A stretch of DNA of 63,996 nt, the filler included, from Asterionella formosa (lineage: Eukaryota), in assembly GCA_002256025.1 (NCBI GenBank). It is 18 parts of 18 records of this genome, joined end to end, with 100 filler letters (N's around TTAATTAATTAA, not from the genome) between each part and the next. Parts side by side here need not be neighbours in the genome. Positions count along the whole stretch, not along the records: positions 20,992 to 41,876 come from NKIB01003209.1; positions 41,977 to 43,261 come from NKIB01003215.1; positions 43,362 to 44,646 come from NKIB01003216.1; positions 44,747 to 46,031 come from NKIB01003217.1; positions 46,132 to 47,420 come from NKIB01003218.1; positions 47,521 to 48,805 come from NKIB01003220.1; positions 48,906 to 50,190 come from NKIB01003221.1; 11 more parts are not named here. One strand, given 5' to 3'. Below, in pieces: positions 36,919 to 49,214 of this stretch. The notes beneath the pieces were generated by a model. The model did not search any database. It saw nothing but the letters and a program-made list of their open reading frames with translations, and was not told where the DNA came from. Position numbers and translations under genes: made by a program. Position 1 is the first letter of the stretch. The number at the start of each line of letters is the position of its first letter.

Positions 36919-37463
36919 GACAAGAAAGTTCCTTCAAACNNNNNNNNNNNNNNNNNNNNNNNNNNNNNNNNNNNNNNNNNNNNNNNNNNNNNNNNNNNNN
37001 NNNNNNNNNNNNNNNNNNNNNNNNNNNNNNNNNNNNNNNNNNNNNNNNNNNNNNNNNNNNNNNNNNNNNNNNNNNNNNNNNNNNNNNNNNNNNNNNNNNN
37101 NNNNNNNNNNNNNNNNNNNNNNNNNNNNNNNNNNNNNNNNNNNNNNNNNNNNNNNNNNNNNNNNNNNNNNNNNNNNNNNNNNNNNNNNNNNNNNNNNNNN
37201 NNNNNNNNNNNNNNNNNNNNNNNNNNNNNNNNNNNNNNNNNNNNNNNNNNNNNNNNNNNNNNNNNNNNNNNNNNNNNNNNNNNNNNNNNNNNNNNNNNNN
37301 NNNNNNNNNNNNNNNNNNNNNNNNNNNNNNNNNNNNNNNNNNNNNNNNNNNNNNNNNNNNNNNNNNNNNNNNNNNNNTGCACCAAGAGCGAAAGCGAAAT
37401 GAAGGTGCTACCTTTCGTCATTTTTCATTTTTTGTTGCCTCCTCACACCAGATAATTCTTGCA

Positions 37464-38846
37464 CTATCGGATGTCGGATCGTCCATTCGTCACGAGTGTG
37501 TGAGCATGGTCCGGGATGATATGATTGGAAAAGTCGTGAAAGCTAGAAGCCTTAATATTTTCCAATATCGAATCTGGATGTGTAATAGCATATCCAGTCA
37601 ATCGAAAGGGCAGGATCCGATGTTCTTCCATTACCCGTTCGAATTCCAGAATTATGGAGCCGGACGGAGGAATCCTTACTATGCGAATCATGTGCACAAT
37701 GTGAATATTGTGTCCATCTAGGGCTTCCACAACAGGATTGATTTCGACCCGTGGGAATTCTGGATGGTCTCGTAAAGTGATTCTTACCTTCTGATAAATT
37801 CCAGGTGGGGGTCCTGTCACCATGTACGCCAAGTGCAGCATTTGCACTTCTTGAAAGGGATTCTTGAATTTGATCCATCCTCGTGGGCTCAACAAATCGA
37901 GTCCATATTTTGGCCCCTCCGGTACGAAATTCTCCATTTTCCATTCGGGTCCATGAGAAATTGATGACTTTCCAGTGGAAAACCAGGATTCGCACGAATC
38001 GTGCTGAGCCCAAGGAATGACAAGATTTTGCCGTTTTAAATTCAGTTCTTTGAAGATGGCTTTGATACCATCTGCCACAACCTGATGACCTGCAGCAGAT
38101 AGATGATGCCAATCCATGGCAAAAAGGTTTTTGACACTTAAAAGCGTTTGAATGGGATCACTATCTCGGGGGAATTCCCACAATATGCCATCGACAATTT
38201 TCACTACCTCATCTTGGATAGTTGTCGCTGTTGCCACAATAGGACGAAATGTCCAATCTGTTTCTGAGTTCGTAGTTCTTATTAGAACTTGAAAATCCTT
38301 GGAGTTCAGATCTTGAGAGACCCCGTTTGATATTACCCAATCTCTCAGACGAAGTTGGCTTGGATTGTGTACGAACATCTCGGGGAACCACAATCTGAGA
38401 AAAATAATGGCGGCATGAGGAAACCGTTGCCTGATCCTACTGGCCAATGTCATCAAGCCTTCCTGGGCCCGAATAAAATATTCTAGAATAATCACATCAT
38501 ACACCGTGTCAATCCCAATCATAGTTTCAGTGCATACAGCAGGGAAATTGGGCCCATTGGCTCGGATTGCCAAGTTTGTCACCTGTGTCGATACGAGATA
38601 CGGGAACGCCTCGGTTAGCCGATCCTTGAGAGTGGCTCCCCACGCAATGCTATCGCCCAAAGTGAGAACTCGAAGTCCTTCCGTCGAATGAGCATCAAAC
38701 TTTCGAATGATGGTTTTCGGATCGACGAGCTTTGTTAATTGTCTGGAGGTTATAGCGTCCTGCTGCAGCGATGACCAATTTAGAACGAGAATGGTACTTG
38801 CCAAAATTAAGGCTACAATTACCAACCAACTCAATTTTCGTTGCAT
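37464..38846 (-). CDS. SGNH/GDSL hydrolase-like type II membrane protein
   Basis: 460-aa intronless ORF. N-terminal TM helix, block I VLTLGDSIAWG, block II NLAIRANG, block V DWHHLSAAGH (DxxH). Confidence 0.75.
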   Translation of the reverse strand: MQRKLSWLVIVALILASTILVLNWSSLQQDAITSRQLTKLVDPKTIIRKFDAHSTEGLRVLTLGDSIAWGATLKDRLTEAFPYLVSTQVTNLAIRANGPNFPAVCTETMIGIDTVYDVIILEYFIRAQEGLMTLASRIRQRFPHAAIIFLRLWFPEMFVHNPSQLRLRDWVISNGVSQDLNSKDFQVLIRTTNSETDWTFRPIVATATTIQDEVVKIVDGILWEFPRDSDPIQTLLSVKNLFAMDWHHLSAAGHQVVADGIKAIFKELNLKRQNLVIPWAQHDSCESWFSTGKSSISHGPEWKMENFVPEGPKYGLDLLSPRGWIKFKNPFQEVQMLHLAYMVTGPPPGIYQKVRITLRDHPEFPRVEINPVVEALDGHNIHIVHMIRIVRIPPSGSIILEFERVMEEHRILPFRLTGYAITHPDSILENIKASSFHDFSNHIIPDHAHTLVTNGRSDIR

Positions 38847-39363
38847 TTTAAAGCATCACTATCCAAGACTCTTCCTCATCTGCTTGTAAGAGGGATATGT
38901 TTGCAGGATGAACAAGTTTTAATGCTTTTATACCGGTAGTCTTTTCGGATCGGTAAATAAGCTCGCATGCGGTGTTTTTGATGCAATGTTTGCAATTCCT
39001 AGCATATTTATTAGCCATACATGGAGTGACTGACAATCGGGCGATGCTCATGTCCGATATGAACTTCCATCAGCAAGGAAATTATCATGTCCGAATTGCG
39101 ATTAGGTATCAGGTACCTGGTACTGTATGCCTGGAGTATCAGCTACCAGTACAAAGTACTTCAAATCAATCCTGCTTGCGCTTACTTATACTACCGGTAC
39201 CAGTACTGAATTTTACGATTTTACGATGATGATTAAATGTTCCACACAACGATGCCATTATGATAGCATGAAATTTTCTGGTACTGGTACCAGGTAAAGG
39301 TAATGGAAGGAATGACTATTAATTTGTTCTTATAACAAACTTTCAGTCAGTTATAGTATTGAA

Positions 39364-39444
39364 GACACATTGTCCGAGTGGTTAAGGAGTCTGACTTGAA
39401 ATCAGATGCCGTAAGGCTCGTAGGTTCGAATCCTGCATGTGTCG
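39364..39444 (+). tRNA. tRNA-Ser, anticodon TGA
   Basis: Acceptor stem GACACAT/ATGTGTC with discriminator G, D-arm TCCGAGTGGTTAAGGAG, anticodon arm TCTGA-CTTGAAA-TCAGA, long variable arm GCC-GTAA-GGC, T-loop GGTTCGAATCC, followed by a T-run terminator. Confidence 0.96.
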
Positions 39445-39850
39445 TACTTTTTGGTTTGGCGAGAGATCGCCACTTCAATCCTGATCTAGCCAGTCACCTA
39501 CTTTTGGTTTTGATTTATAGCTTCTTGAGCATGGAAAGGGATCAAACACTAGTTGATTTTCTTGCAATGCAGGATTGTTANNNNNNNNNNNNNNNNNNNN
39601 NNNNNNNNNNNNNNNNNNNNNNNNNNNNNNNNNNNNNNNNNNNNNNNNNNNNNNNNNNNNNNNNNNNNNNNNNNNNNNNNNNNNNNNNNNNNNNNNNNNN
39701 NNNNNNTTTTCTTGCAATGCAGGATTGTTATTATCTTTCAAATGACAGAGAAGGAACTGATGGGAGCATGTTGTGTCTAACTGGGTATTTCCCATTAAGG
39801 ATGAACAAGGAGAAAACCTCAAAGCATGCTGCTATAACCGATTATGTTGG

Positions 39851-41479
39851 CTATTTTCGACGAGCATGTTGAATACAAGTATGTAGCAAGGCTGGGTACC
39901 TTCCCACCAAAAGATCTCCAGGTATACTTGAAAGTCCACATGCCAATGCGATTATGGGACTTGCCAGAGACTCCCAAAGGATTGCCATGAAGGAAATAGG
40001 AACTCTCTGTAGTCTTGTCACAATGACACCATCAAATTGCTCCTTGTTTGGAGGCAGAACTAGAACATCCTCCAAGTAAACAGATTGAGTGAACCATTCT
40101 GGACTCTTCATTCGAAGGATCCATTTGCCAGTTGGAACATATGTTATCCCAACATATACGATCCACATTGCAGCAGACAGCAATTGTACCAAAAGGTGAA
40201 GAATAGCAAAAAACACATAATATACCAACACTGTAGTAACCAAAAATAAAACACTGGAAAATACCAGTATTCCAAACAGCAATTGCATATAATCATATTC
40301 CATTGTATCTGTGCGTTGACGTAACGTATTGTATTTTTTGCCACAAAAGAGTCTCCAGGATGCTGCCAAGAGGTACCATTGTGCATTGTGCACTTGACGA
40401 AAACATGTTGCCATAATTGTCACATGCCATGTTACAACAGTGATGAGGTCAATACTCATGGCTATCAAGGTAGTAAGGCCCATGATAACTGACACAAACC
40501 CTAGTGCCATCAGCAATATCTCCATGGCAGTATTGGTCCAAACAATTTCAGATATTGAATCATAGATCGTCATGAGCGTAGTTATTTCTCGTCCCATATT
40601 ATAGGTGAGCGGGACATTTAGTTTAAATCCCACTGGAAATGTTTCTAACCATCGAATATTGTCTCTTAGTAGCCGATCATGACCCAAGGACCAAACAAAG
40701 CGTAACAGTGGAAGTATCATGTTGTTTGGACTTTGTAACATGAGTATTCCCACAATACCACCAAGTATTACATCAAGTGCTGCCTGCATCCATGCATTGA
40801 AGGAACTAATAAAATAGGAACCATCAGGATCTTCAATTTTACTCCTCGTGGATATAGTTATCAATCTCCACAGAGCCGATTTTTTCAGAACCGACTTGAC
40901 AGAGCATTGTTTGGACTGTGTATCGTATGCATGTGCTATCATCATGGAGTTTCGTGCAATTGCATAAATCATTTTGTTGTTGTCGGTTTCAGGGATTTCA
41001 TTCTTGGGATCATTTTTGCTATTCGTATTACTGGGTTGAATGTGCCATTTTGGTACAATAATTTCGACATTGGTCAACATGCCCTGTATCCAATAGTTTG
41101 CATAATTTAACCGCTTCATCAACCTGCTGAAGTACGTAGGTTCATCATCGACATTCTGATAAGAATGAGAATAGGTATCGAATCTTTGGCAAGGCTTGTA
41201 AAGTATCACTTGTCCAGCGATTTTTTCAATACTAAAGAGTTGTAATTGACAAATGTCACAAGAATTTTCCTGACAATTGCTTCCATGTCGAGTCACGAAA
41301 TTCTTGATTTTTTCTTCTTGTTCGTGATTTACAATTTGGATACAGACGGTGTAATCTTTATCTTTCCAACCCACAACACGTTGCTGCCCATCATCCGTAA
41401 CTATTCTTGGACAACACTGATTGTTCCAGGATTTGGTATCTACTGATGGCCAGAGCAGAACTGTTGAAGGAACAATCAT
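39851..41479 (-). CDS. PIGQ: GPI-GlcNAc transferase subunit PIG-Q/GPI1
   Basis: 542-aa intronless ORF with Gpi1 motifs WLETFPVGFKLNVPL and WRLFCGKKYNTLRQRTDTMEYDYMQLLFGILVF, and several TM helices. Confidence 0.9.
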   Translation of the reverse strand: MIVPSTVLLWPSVDTKSWNNQCCPRIVTDDGQQRVVGWKDKDYTVCIQIVNHEQEEKIKNFVTRHGSNCQENSCDICQLQLFSIEKIAGQVILYKPCQRFDTYSHSYQNVDDEPTYFSRLMKRLNYANYWIQGMLTNVEIIVPKWHIQPSNTNSKNDPKNEIPETDNNKMIYAIARNSMMIAHAYDTQSKQCSVKSVLKKSALWRLITISTRSKIEDPDGSYFISSFNAWMQAALDVILGGIVGILMLQSPNNMILPLLRFVWSLGHDRLLRDNIRWLETFPVGFKLNVPLTYNMGREITTLMTIYDSISEIVWTNTAMEILLMALGFVSVIMGLTTLIAMSIDLITVVTWHVTIMATCFRQVHNAQWYLLAASWRLFCGKKYNTLRQRTDTMEYDYMQLLFGILVFSSVLFLVTTVLVYYVFFAILHLLVQLLSAAMWIVYVGITYVPTGKWILRMKSPEWFTQSVYLEDVLVLPPNKEQFDGVIVTRLQRVPISFMAILWESLASPIIALACGLSSIPGDLLVGRYPALLHTCIQHARRK

Positions 41480-42394
41480 GATGGACTAAGATTGGTTGTA
41501 CGGAATCCTGTAGTTACTCTATCAAGTCTGCTTTGATTGTGCTCAAATAATTGGTTCGATCATGCAACCGCAGGATCCATGATCGAATGATGAAGTGCAA
41601 TAGTAAATGTAGTATCGATACAATGATTGAATCTACATGCGTTCCTTGTTATCATCCAACCGCATTCCATCAGAGGATCCAACGACGGCACAACCATTCC
41701 TTACCATTGGTCTTCGCTCAGTGAAATGGTTGGATGCCGTAAACGGGAATATATGATGGGTATTACACAGACATGCACACAAGTAGTTTGGCGCGCCAAA
41801 TGATGGTACTGGAACACACCGGTAGCTGGTACCACCACCCACGACCAGCTATTAATTAAGTAATTTAGCCATAATANNNNNNNNNNNNNNNNNNNNNNNN
41901 NNNNNNNNNNNNNNNNNNNNTTAATTAATTAANNNNNNNNNNNNNNNNNNNNNNNNNNNNNNNNNNNNNNNNNNNNGACAAAGGTGAGCCGTGGCAAACT
42001 GTAGACCGACCATATGGTTTCGCAATATTTAATGACAAGGACAAAGAAAAGTTCATGCCGACAAGATTCTACAACACACCGGTACTTACTGACATGTATG
42101 TATCCGCATCCATCAGGTACCAGGTACCTGGTACCTCGTACCGGTTTTAGTACATACTCCATAATATCATAGTAAGTCATAACTACCGTCCAGTATAATT
42201 CTCTATTTATCTACCGGTGTACATCAATGCTCTATGTCAGGTGCGTATCAGGTACCAGGTACCTGGTACCAGGGGACCAGGTACCGGTACATCCAATGCA
42301 TCACGTACCGACCTCAAGCTAAGTACGGTATGAACCATCAGAATCCGTCATCCGTTTTACACTGTAAAAAAGTATTGAATGCAGGGAGTCATTA

Positions 42395-42531
42395 TTAGGT
42401 TTTCCCGCACCTAAAATTCCAAAAACTGAAAAGGAAGTTTAACTTCGTCTGTAGCCTTGTACCAACATTTGTCTGTAGGACAAGAAGATATTCTCAATCA
42501 TTTCCTGAATTTTAGGTGCGGAATAACCTAA
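42395..42531. repeat. 25-bp inverted repeat enclosing about 87 bp (MITE-like)
   Basis: ttaggttttcccgcacctaaaattc (42395-42419) versus gaattttaggtgcggaataacctaa (42507-42531): 23/25 complementary, with weaker outward extension. Confidence 0.65.
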
Positions 42532-43599
42532 AATGACCCTCAGGGCCAATTAATTTAACCTAAAATTCCCCACCTTCTTTGCCAGTTATTGTATGATACC
42601 CCTGATCTTATAAGTACGATATTTTTATTTGCAGATGCAGGTGGCATAGGCAGTGGGGGGACACAGGGTGAGCGGTTGGTAAGGGTATAATCTCCGAAGA
42701 TACAGACGCTGCCGCCCATGCGTCAATCAAGTGTGGCATTAAGCTGATGGCCAGAAAAGGGATGGTTACAGGTGGCACTGGTGTGGTCAGGGTGCTTGGT
42801 GAGACCATGAGTCCAACAATATCCTAATTGTACATTGTTGTAAACATATCCAGTCAGATCGAGCAAACGCAGGCAATCGGTGGTGTACAGGTGCGTGAAA
42901 ACAGCGATGGCTCCGCCAATGTAGGCTGCAATAGCACGAGTTCAGACAACAGAGAGAACAGCTATTTTAACTCCGTTGAGGGGAACCTTATTGTGAATAA
43001 ATGTGAGTTACAATATTATGGCTATTCTATTGCTGTCATGAGTGCATTGTTGTTAGCACTCATGCATGTATCTAATCTGGTGGTTACGCTGGTATGTTTT
43101 GTATGTTGCGCATATGGAATACCATACGTAGATATTAACAAGTTTAGCTCTGACTCAAGCGTTAATTTTTCGTTGGCCATGACGATGAAAAGCAACAACA
43201 ACATTTGAATGGCAAGCAATGAATTCCACTAGATATTGTTTGAATTCACGTACATCATGCANNNNNNNNNNNNNNNNNNNNNNNNNNNNNNNNNNNNNNN
43301 NNNNNTTAATTAATTAANNNNNNNNNNNNNNNNNNNNNNNNNNNNNNNNNNNNNNNNNNNNCCCCCCCCCCCTGCTCCTCTAGACTCTTTGATGTTTCAA
43401 TGATCTGAGGAGTAGGAGCAAAATGAACTAGACGAATAGGATCGTGATCCTCTGGTTCATCTAGAGGTTCAGGAATAGGACTGGTGGGAGCGTTCCTTTG
43501 GCGATTACGATCCTTCATTTTTGTTATTCTGGACTTGAGCGTAAGGTCATCATAAGGTACCTCATCACTGTAAGGCTCAGCCGAAGTTTCCTTTTGTGG

Positions 43600-44250
43600 T
43601 CAAACAATATTACGAATGAGTTCAACACATTTTTCCCAAATACCATCAGGACATGTCCAAATGCGATAAGTGAATGCATCTCCATGGTTCCATGCGATAC
43701 CAACAAACCTTCCTAGAAGAAAGTTTGGGTTGGGGTACTTGGCTGTTCGCTCATAGTAATAGATTGCTTGCCAGAAGGAAAATCGAAACACAGAAATGTC
43801 TGGAGTTCTTCCATAAAGTTTCTCAATGGGAGTCCTCCAATCCAGTCCCTTATGTGCTGAATGATTTAGGCAATCAATAACCCACATCATGCAATAGCAC
43901 CAGAACGTCAGTGGAGCTTTTGCCAAGCTTAGAGATAAAATAGTTCGAGATTTAATGTCCCGGATCTTGAGCTCTGCCTGGTTCTGGTTTTGGTTGTGTG
44001 GGACAGAATGGATTTGTTTTGTGATGTTTTCCCGGCTTATTTTAGTCCACAATGTGCCAGACTGAGTTTGAGAGTTATCAGTCAACAAAATGTTGGGAGC
44101 TCCAACCTCACGTATAAAATCCTGGTATACTCCATGTGAATGTGCCTCTCTAAACATACAACGTGCAAACAGATATTGCGATGGAATATGAATGAGTAGT
44201 TCCAGATAGACTTGATAGATGAGAAAACGTATCCAAATCTGTCCTGCCAT
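43600..44250 (-). mobile_element. Ty1/Copia (CoDi-type) integrase fragment
   Basis: DFIREVGAPNILLTDNS, SVPHNQNQNQAE, APLTFWCYCM, RTPIEKLYGRTPDISVFRFSFW and LGRFVGIAWNHGDAFTY. Flanks degenerate. Confidence 0.88.
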
Positions 44251-47199
44251 CGAGTCGATTAGGATGAAGAAGAATTAGACGCTTCTTTCGATGCTGTCTG
44301 GGTGCTTCTCTATTCTCCATTTCAACTGTTTGGGTGCAGAGCTGTGTTGTTGCTTCGAGTGTCTTCTTGGTTACAGTTTCAGTTGAATTTGCAAGACATT
44401 TCTCCCATAGAGTTGGCTCCTCTTCAACAATGCTTCCGCGTCCCCTCCTAGATGACTGCTGAAGGCAATACACGCCCGAGGTGGTCTCTTGCCTGCGAGT
44501 ATACATGTGTTCGAGGCTGGGTGGCGCGAGTAGGTTGACCGTACGAGTGGCGCCCCCGGCGCTGCGAGAAAGTCACCCTACGAGTGCCATCCCAGTCGAG
44601 TACACATGTATACGAGAAGGCAAGTAGCCGCCGAGAAGGGTATTGTNNNNNNNNNNNNNNNNNNNNNNNNNNNNNNNNNNNNNNNNNNNNTTAATTAATT
44701 AANNNNNNNNNNNNNNNNNNNNNNNNNNNNNNNNNNNNNNNNNNNNTGTACTTGCTGGTGTCATGATAGACAATGATGAGGGAAGTAAAAAAAGTTGAGT
44801 TGCCATCCCAAAAACCGCTTTGTTGTATTTGACTATGGCATCTTTGTTGTTCAACTTGCAAATCAGATAGTAAACTTTCTCATTGCTTTGTCAAAGGTAG
44901 AATAACCTTTCTTTTTTCGATGATTTCCTTGACATTCCATTTGAGACTCCAACAATACACCTCCAAATGTCCAATCTCTATATCAAGTTGAACGCTGTTT
45001 CCATATGTTTATGGGGAGAACAGTCTCCCCAAAAGCCGTTTCTGATGGGGCCACCGCAGAAAAAATACATGCTAAAAGGCTAGGGAGGAAGAAATCATCC
45101 TATGATGGTACAAAATTGAATGCTGTTTATACATGTTTATGGGAAAAAATAAACTCTAGCCAAAAAGCCGTTTCTGACAGGGCTGCTGAAAATATATGTG
45201 TAAAAGCTAGAGGGGAATAAACCTTGTCATGGAAAAAAGGGGAGAATTTCTCCTCACAAATGTTGGAGAATTTTTTTCTCCTACATTCTCCCCATTTTTC
45301 CACCTTCTTGTTCAGCTACTATTATGCATGGACATTTCAGATTTGTGAAAAATTAGAAATTTGTTGCAAAACGTCGTGTTATTTTACATATGGAGGTTTC
45401 AATGTGGTAAAATAATTTCGATGGGTTCAAAGCAGTTTTTAACTGTTTCACCAGGTGCTTTGCTTCGACTTGATGTGTACATGTCGTACATACGGACATG
45501 TCCGATTATGTACACGTAAGCTTCGTATCCGACCTCCACTTGGCAATAATAGTTAATCAAGACTGCCTTTTGCTGTACCTTCAAACAACCCGGAAACTCA
45601 CGTTTTTGGAGTACCAGCACCTCTTATTACCCGGTACCTGGAAACGGGTACCCCCTGGTATACCTGTTGCTGTTGTCATTCACAACGTTATGCATAAAAG
45701 CTATTAATTAATACAACAATTCTTTCAAATATCATATGGGATTGCTTGCCTTAAAAAAATGTTCTTATGAAATAATATAAAATACACATAAATTATAAAG
45801 CCTACCAGTGTAATTCATGCCACGATATAAATAATCATATCCAGCTACTGTGTGTCATTCACTTCCGTTCTCAAAAGTCTCGCTGCCTTGGATTGAGCAG
45901 TGTTTCAATTATGAGACGAGCTACCACCATGAGAGTCTCTACTGTCACCAGCTTAAGCATTATATTGCGATTGGCAGCAGCTATATCGTCATTACCGTCC
46001 GTCGCTGATGCCTCGTGTTGGCATTCATGGGNNNNNNNNNNNNNNNNNNNNNNNNNNNNNNNNNNNNNNNNNNNNTTAATTAATTAANNNNNNNNNNNNN
46101 NNNNNNNNNNNNNNNNNNNNNNNNNNNNNNNTACTGGTTGGTAATCTGCTGAGAGAATAGGAGCTACCAGTACCTGGTACCGGTAACTCTTGGGTTCAGC
46201 AAAATTACAGCAACGCACTTGCAAGCGGTATATACTGGTACTGGTACTGGTACTGGTATTGGTACCAGTACCAGTACCGGTAGACTACCAGAACCAGAAC
46301 CACAACCTGGTACAAGTTTTTACGTGGGTGTATATTGATTTTCTTATCCAATCATTCTATATAGTTTAATACCACGTACGCACGCACACACTGAACTGAA
46401 CCTCCACCTACTGGTAGACAACAAACCAGTAAGTAATCACCAGCCAAGGAGATCATGGTGAAGAGAAACTTTGCGACCTCTAGGTACCAGGTACCAGGTA
46501 CCGCCCGGAATCTTAAACTACCGGTACCTGGTACCGGAATACCGGATGCGTAGGTAAAACCGTCCTTCCCCAGTCAGCCAACCCAGCAGCAGCAGCAGCA
46601 GCAGCAGCAGACAATGATGTACCTACTCGGAGTAAGTTGTTGGTCGTCAAGGGACGAATTCCCCTGAATTCGCTCTTACGCACCTCTTTTTTGCACAACA
46701 TTCGCACTTGAAATTGCGCATAAAATCCACAGGGCGCTTTTCATGGCGGCGGGGTGTGACAAATTGAACCAGCAAAAGATGCTCGATGCTCGATGCACGA
46801 TGCACGATACAAGGACAAGTCTGAATTTCTCGTTTGAATCCTTCCATGAATGCAAATTCTTCCATTCACTCAAATTGCTGCGCTAACTCCTCCTCCTCCT
46901 CCTTGTCCTGTCGCCTTGACAGAGGCTGCTCTATTGCTACCGGTATTATAGTCGAATACGCGAGCGTGCGGTCACATCAGCTCCGCAGCTTCCATGGGAG
47001 TTCTCGATATTATGTGTGTTGTGTCCATCCACTGTCCACTGTCCATTGTATGTATCAAAATGGTTCCATTCTATTACCATCACCCGGTAGCGAAGTGTCC
47101 AAGGCCTCCTATCAACAACTGTTCAACAAATATGTAATTCAAGTTGGAACATGGGAACACGAGAAGAGCATGGTGTGGTACGAGATGATTATTTCGTGA

Positions 47200-47413
47200 G
47201 ATCTGATATCATTTCATCTGATCTGATTTCATGTCATTTGATTTCATTTTATATGATCTGATTTCATGTCATGTCATCTGATTTTATCTGATCTGATTTC
47301 ATTTCTTTTCATTTCATCTCATCTCGTCTCATCTGATTTATTTCATCTGATCTGATCTGATTTCATCTCATTTTATTTCATCTGCTCATCTGCTCATCTG
47401 CTCATCTGCTCAC
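47200..47413. repeat. Degenerate pentameric microsatellite (TCTGA/TTTCA/TCTCA) ending in TCTGCTCA repeats
   Basis: Directly visible low-complexity array at a contig end. Confidence 0.9.
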
Positions 47414-47840
47414 TATTGGANNNNNNNNNNNNNNNNNNNNNNNNNNNNNNNNNNNNNNNNNNNNTTAATTAATTAANNNNNNNNNNNNNNNNNNNNNNNN
47501 NNNNNNNNNNNNNNNNNNNNGCATTTTGATTTGCTCCAGATTTACGAAGTCTTGACTATTTTTGGTGGGTCTAACCGATGCAGACTGATGCACATGTAAA
47601 GTCACATTTTGTTTTGACTCCGCCACATAAAAACCTGCCTGAGGGAATAAATATGGCCACGGTGGAGTCCACTCTCCGGAAAGAGTGAAAATAATTCTGA
47701 AAACAAGTTATCTCGATCGAGAAAGGAGTTGTCATTAAAATTCGTTGCATCAAAGGAGTTGCTGCGCTGCTAAATCTTCTTCATCTTAAATCGTTTCCAT
47801 AATGATGAAATTGTAGCAATTTCCAAAACGCCAAATTTAG

Positions 47841-48805
47841 ATGAGTTTAAACGAGGAGGACCAAAGTCAAGTGGGTGAACAGGGCGACATCAGCTATTAC
47901 CATGGATCGCCCCTTCGAAGCCCTGTGGGAAATGATGACATGGTAAGGCCCCACTGCGTAATCCAAAGTTGTGATTCTGACCATCGTTTAACAAAGTTTT
48001 GACGTTGTTGTAGAGCCCAGCAGGGGGTGGTACACCAATCGGATTTTTGTCTCCCGTGCATCGCGGCATTTTCCACGACCATCAGCCTTCTCCAGAACAT
48101 CCTGAAATTAATTCACCCCCAAATTTCCATGGTAGAACAGTTGACCAGCGAAGGTTCACTTTCAAGGACATAGGACGGACGTCCCGAGAAGGGGCCACAA
48201 ATGCTTCGTTTCATCGTCAATCTCATCACATGCCCGACCCAGACTATAGGACACATAATTCAGGATATCCGCCGATTGAGCCGCGGTCCTATACAATGCC
48301 AAAATATTCCGAGGGCAAGAAAGATCAAAGTTATCACGGTTATGTTGTTCCGACTCAGCAATCTATGTCTAATGTGAGCTTTGAATCACATGGAAGCGGG
48401 CATTTCCCTCATCCTTACAATATACCTCCACAACCATATCCAGCTTATTCCCACGGACCAATGAGTTCTCATGGATACTACAATTGGGTATCTGAACCAC
48501 TTCAAAAACCAGTTGAATATATTCGTGATATCAAGCCAAGCGATGTTCTTTGTGGCCGCGGAGGCGCCACCAATTCCCATTCAGGTATGTAACATTTGAT
48601 CTGCATGCTGAAGAAAAGTACACATCCAATTTCACTCTTTAATGCCTCTAGGAAATCGATCATTTCGTGCGCTGGTCAAGCGCTATCAAGAACAATATTT
48701 GAAAGCCAAGAAACGCGACAAGCCATCAGTTGCAGACAAGCTTATTGATATAGTTCGGGAGCGTGGAGGACGATTCTTGAAACGTGCGGAAAGCCAGCAA
48801 TATGG
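47841..48805 (+). CDS. DUF6824-domain protein, 3' truncated by contig end
   Basis: Exons 47841-47942, 48014-48584, 48652->48805 join in frame. Motif DVLCGRGGATNSHS|GNRSFRALVK...KKRDKPSVA...RGGRFLKR. The start ATG is tentative. Confidence 0.85.
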
Positions 48806-49214
48806 NNNNNNNNNNNNNNNNNNNNNNNNNNNNNNNNNNNNNNNNNNNNTTAATTAATTAANNNNNNNNNNNNNNNNNNNNNNNNNNNNNNNNNNNNNNN
48901 NNNNNACAATAATTGCGGTTGTCGATACAGAAATTATATGATCGGCCATAAAAAAATATTGTTAGTTTGCCCCAAAATTTATGTGGGTTTATAAAAAATT
49001 TAGGAAGTTGTCGAAAATATCTTAGTTCACTCCTATCATATATATTCTATGATGCATCACATTTTATATTTTATATCATACCCTTAAATTATGTATATAG
49101 CCCAATTTGTCATAGTGGGCCACCCAAAATTTTAATTTGGGTGATCATATTTGACTAGCGTTTTTTTTGTGGTGGCTGTACCAATAATCGGCGTTGTAGA
49201 TGTAGGACCACTGC

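Noticed and set aside
39557..39730. Direct repeat ttttcttgcaatgcaggattgtta on both sides of an N gap
   Set aside because: Most likely overlapping contig ends around a mis-sized gap, not a real duplication.
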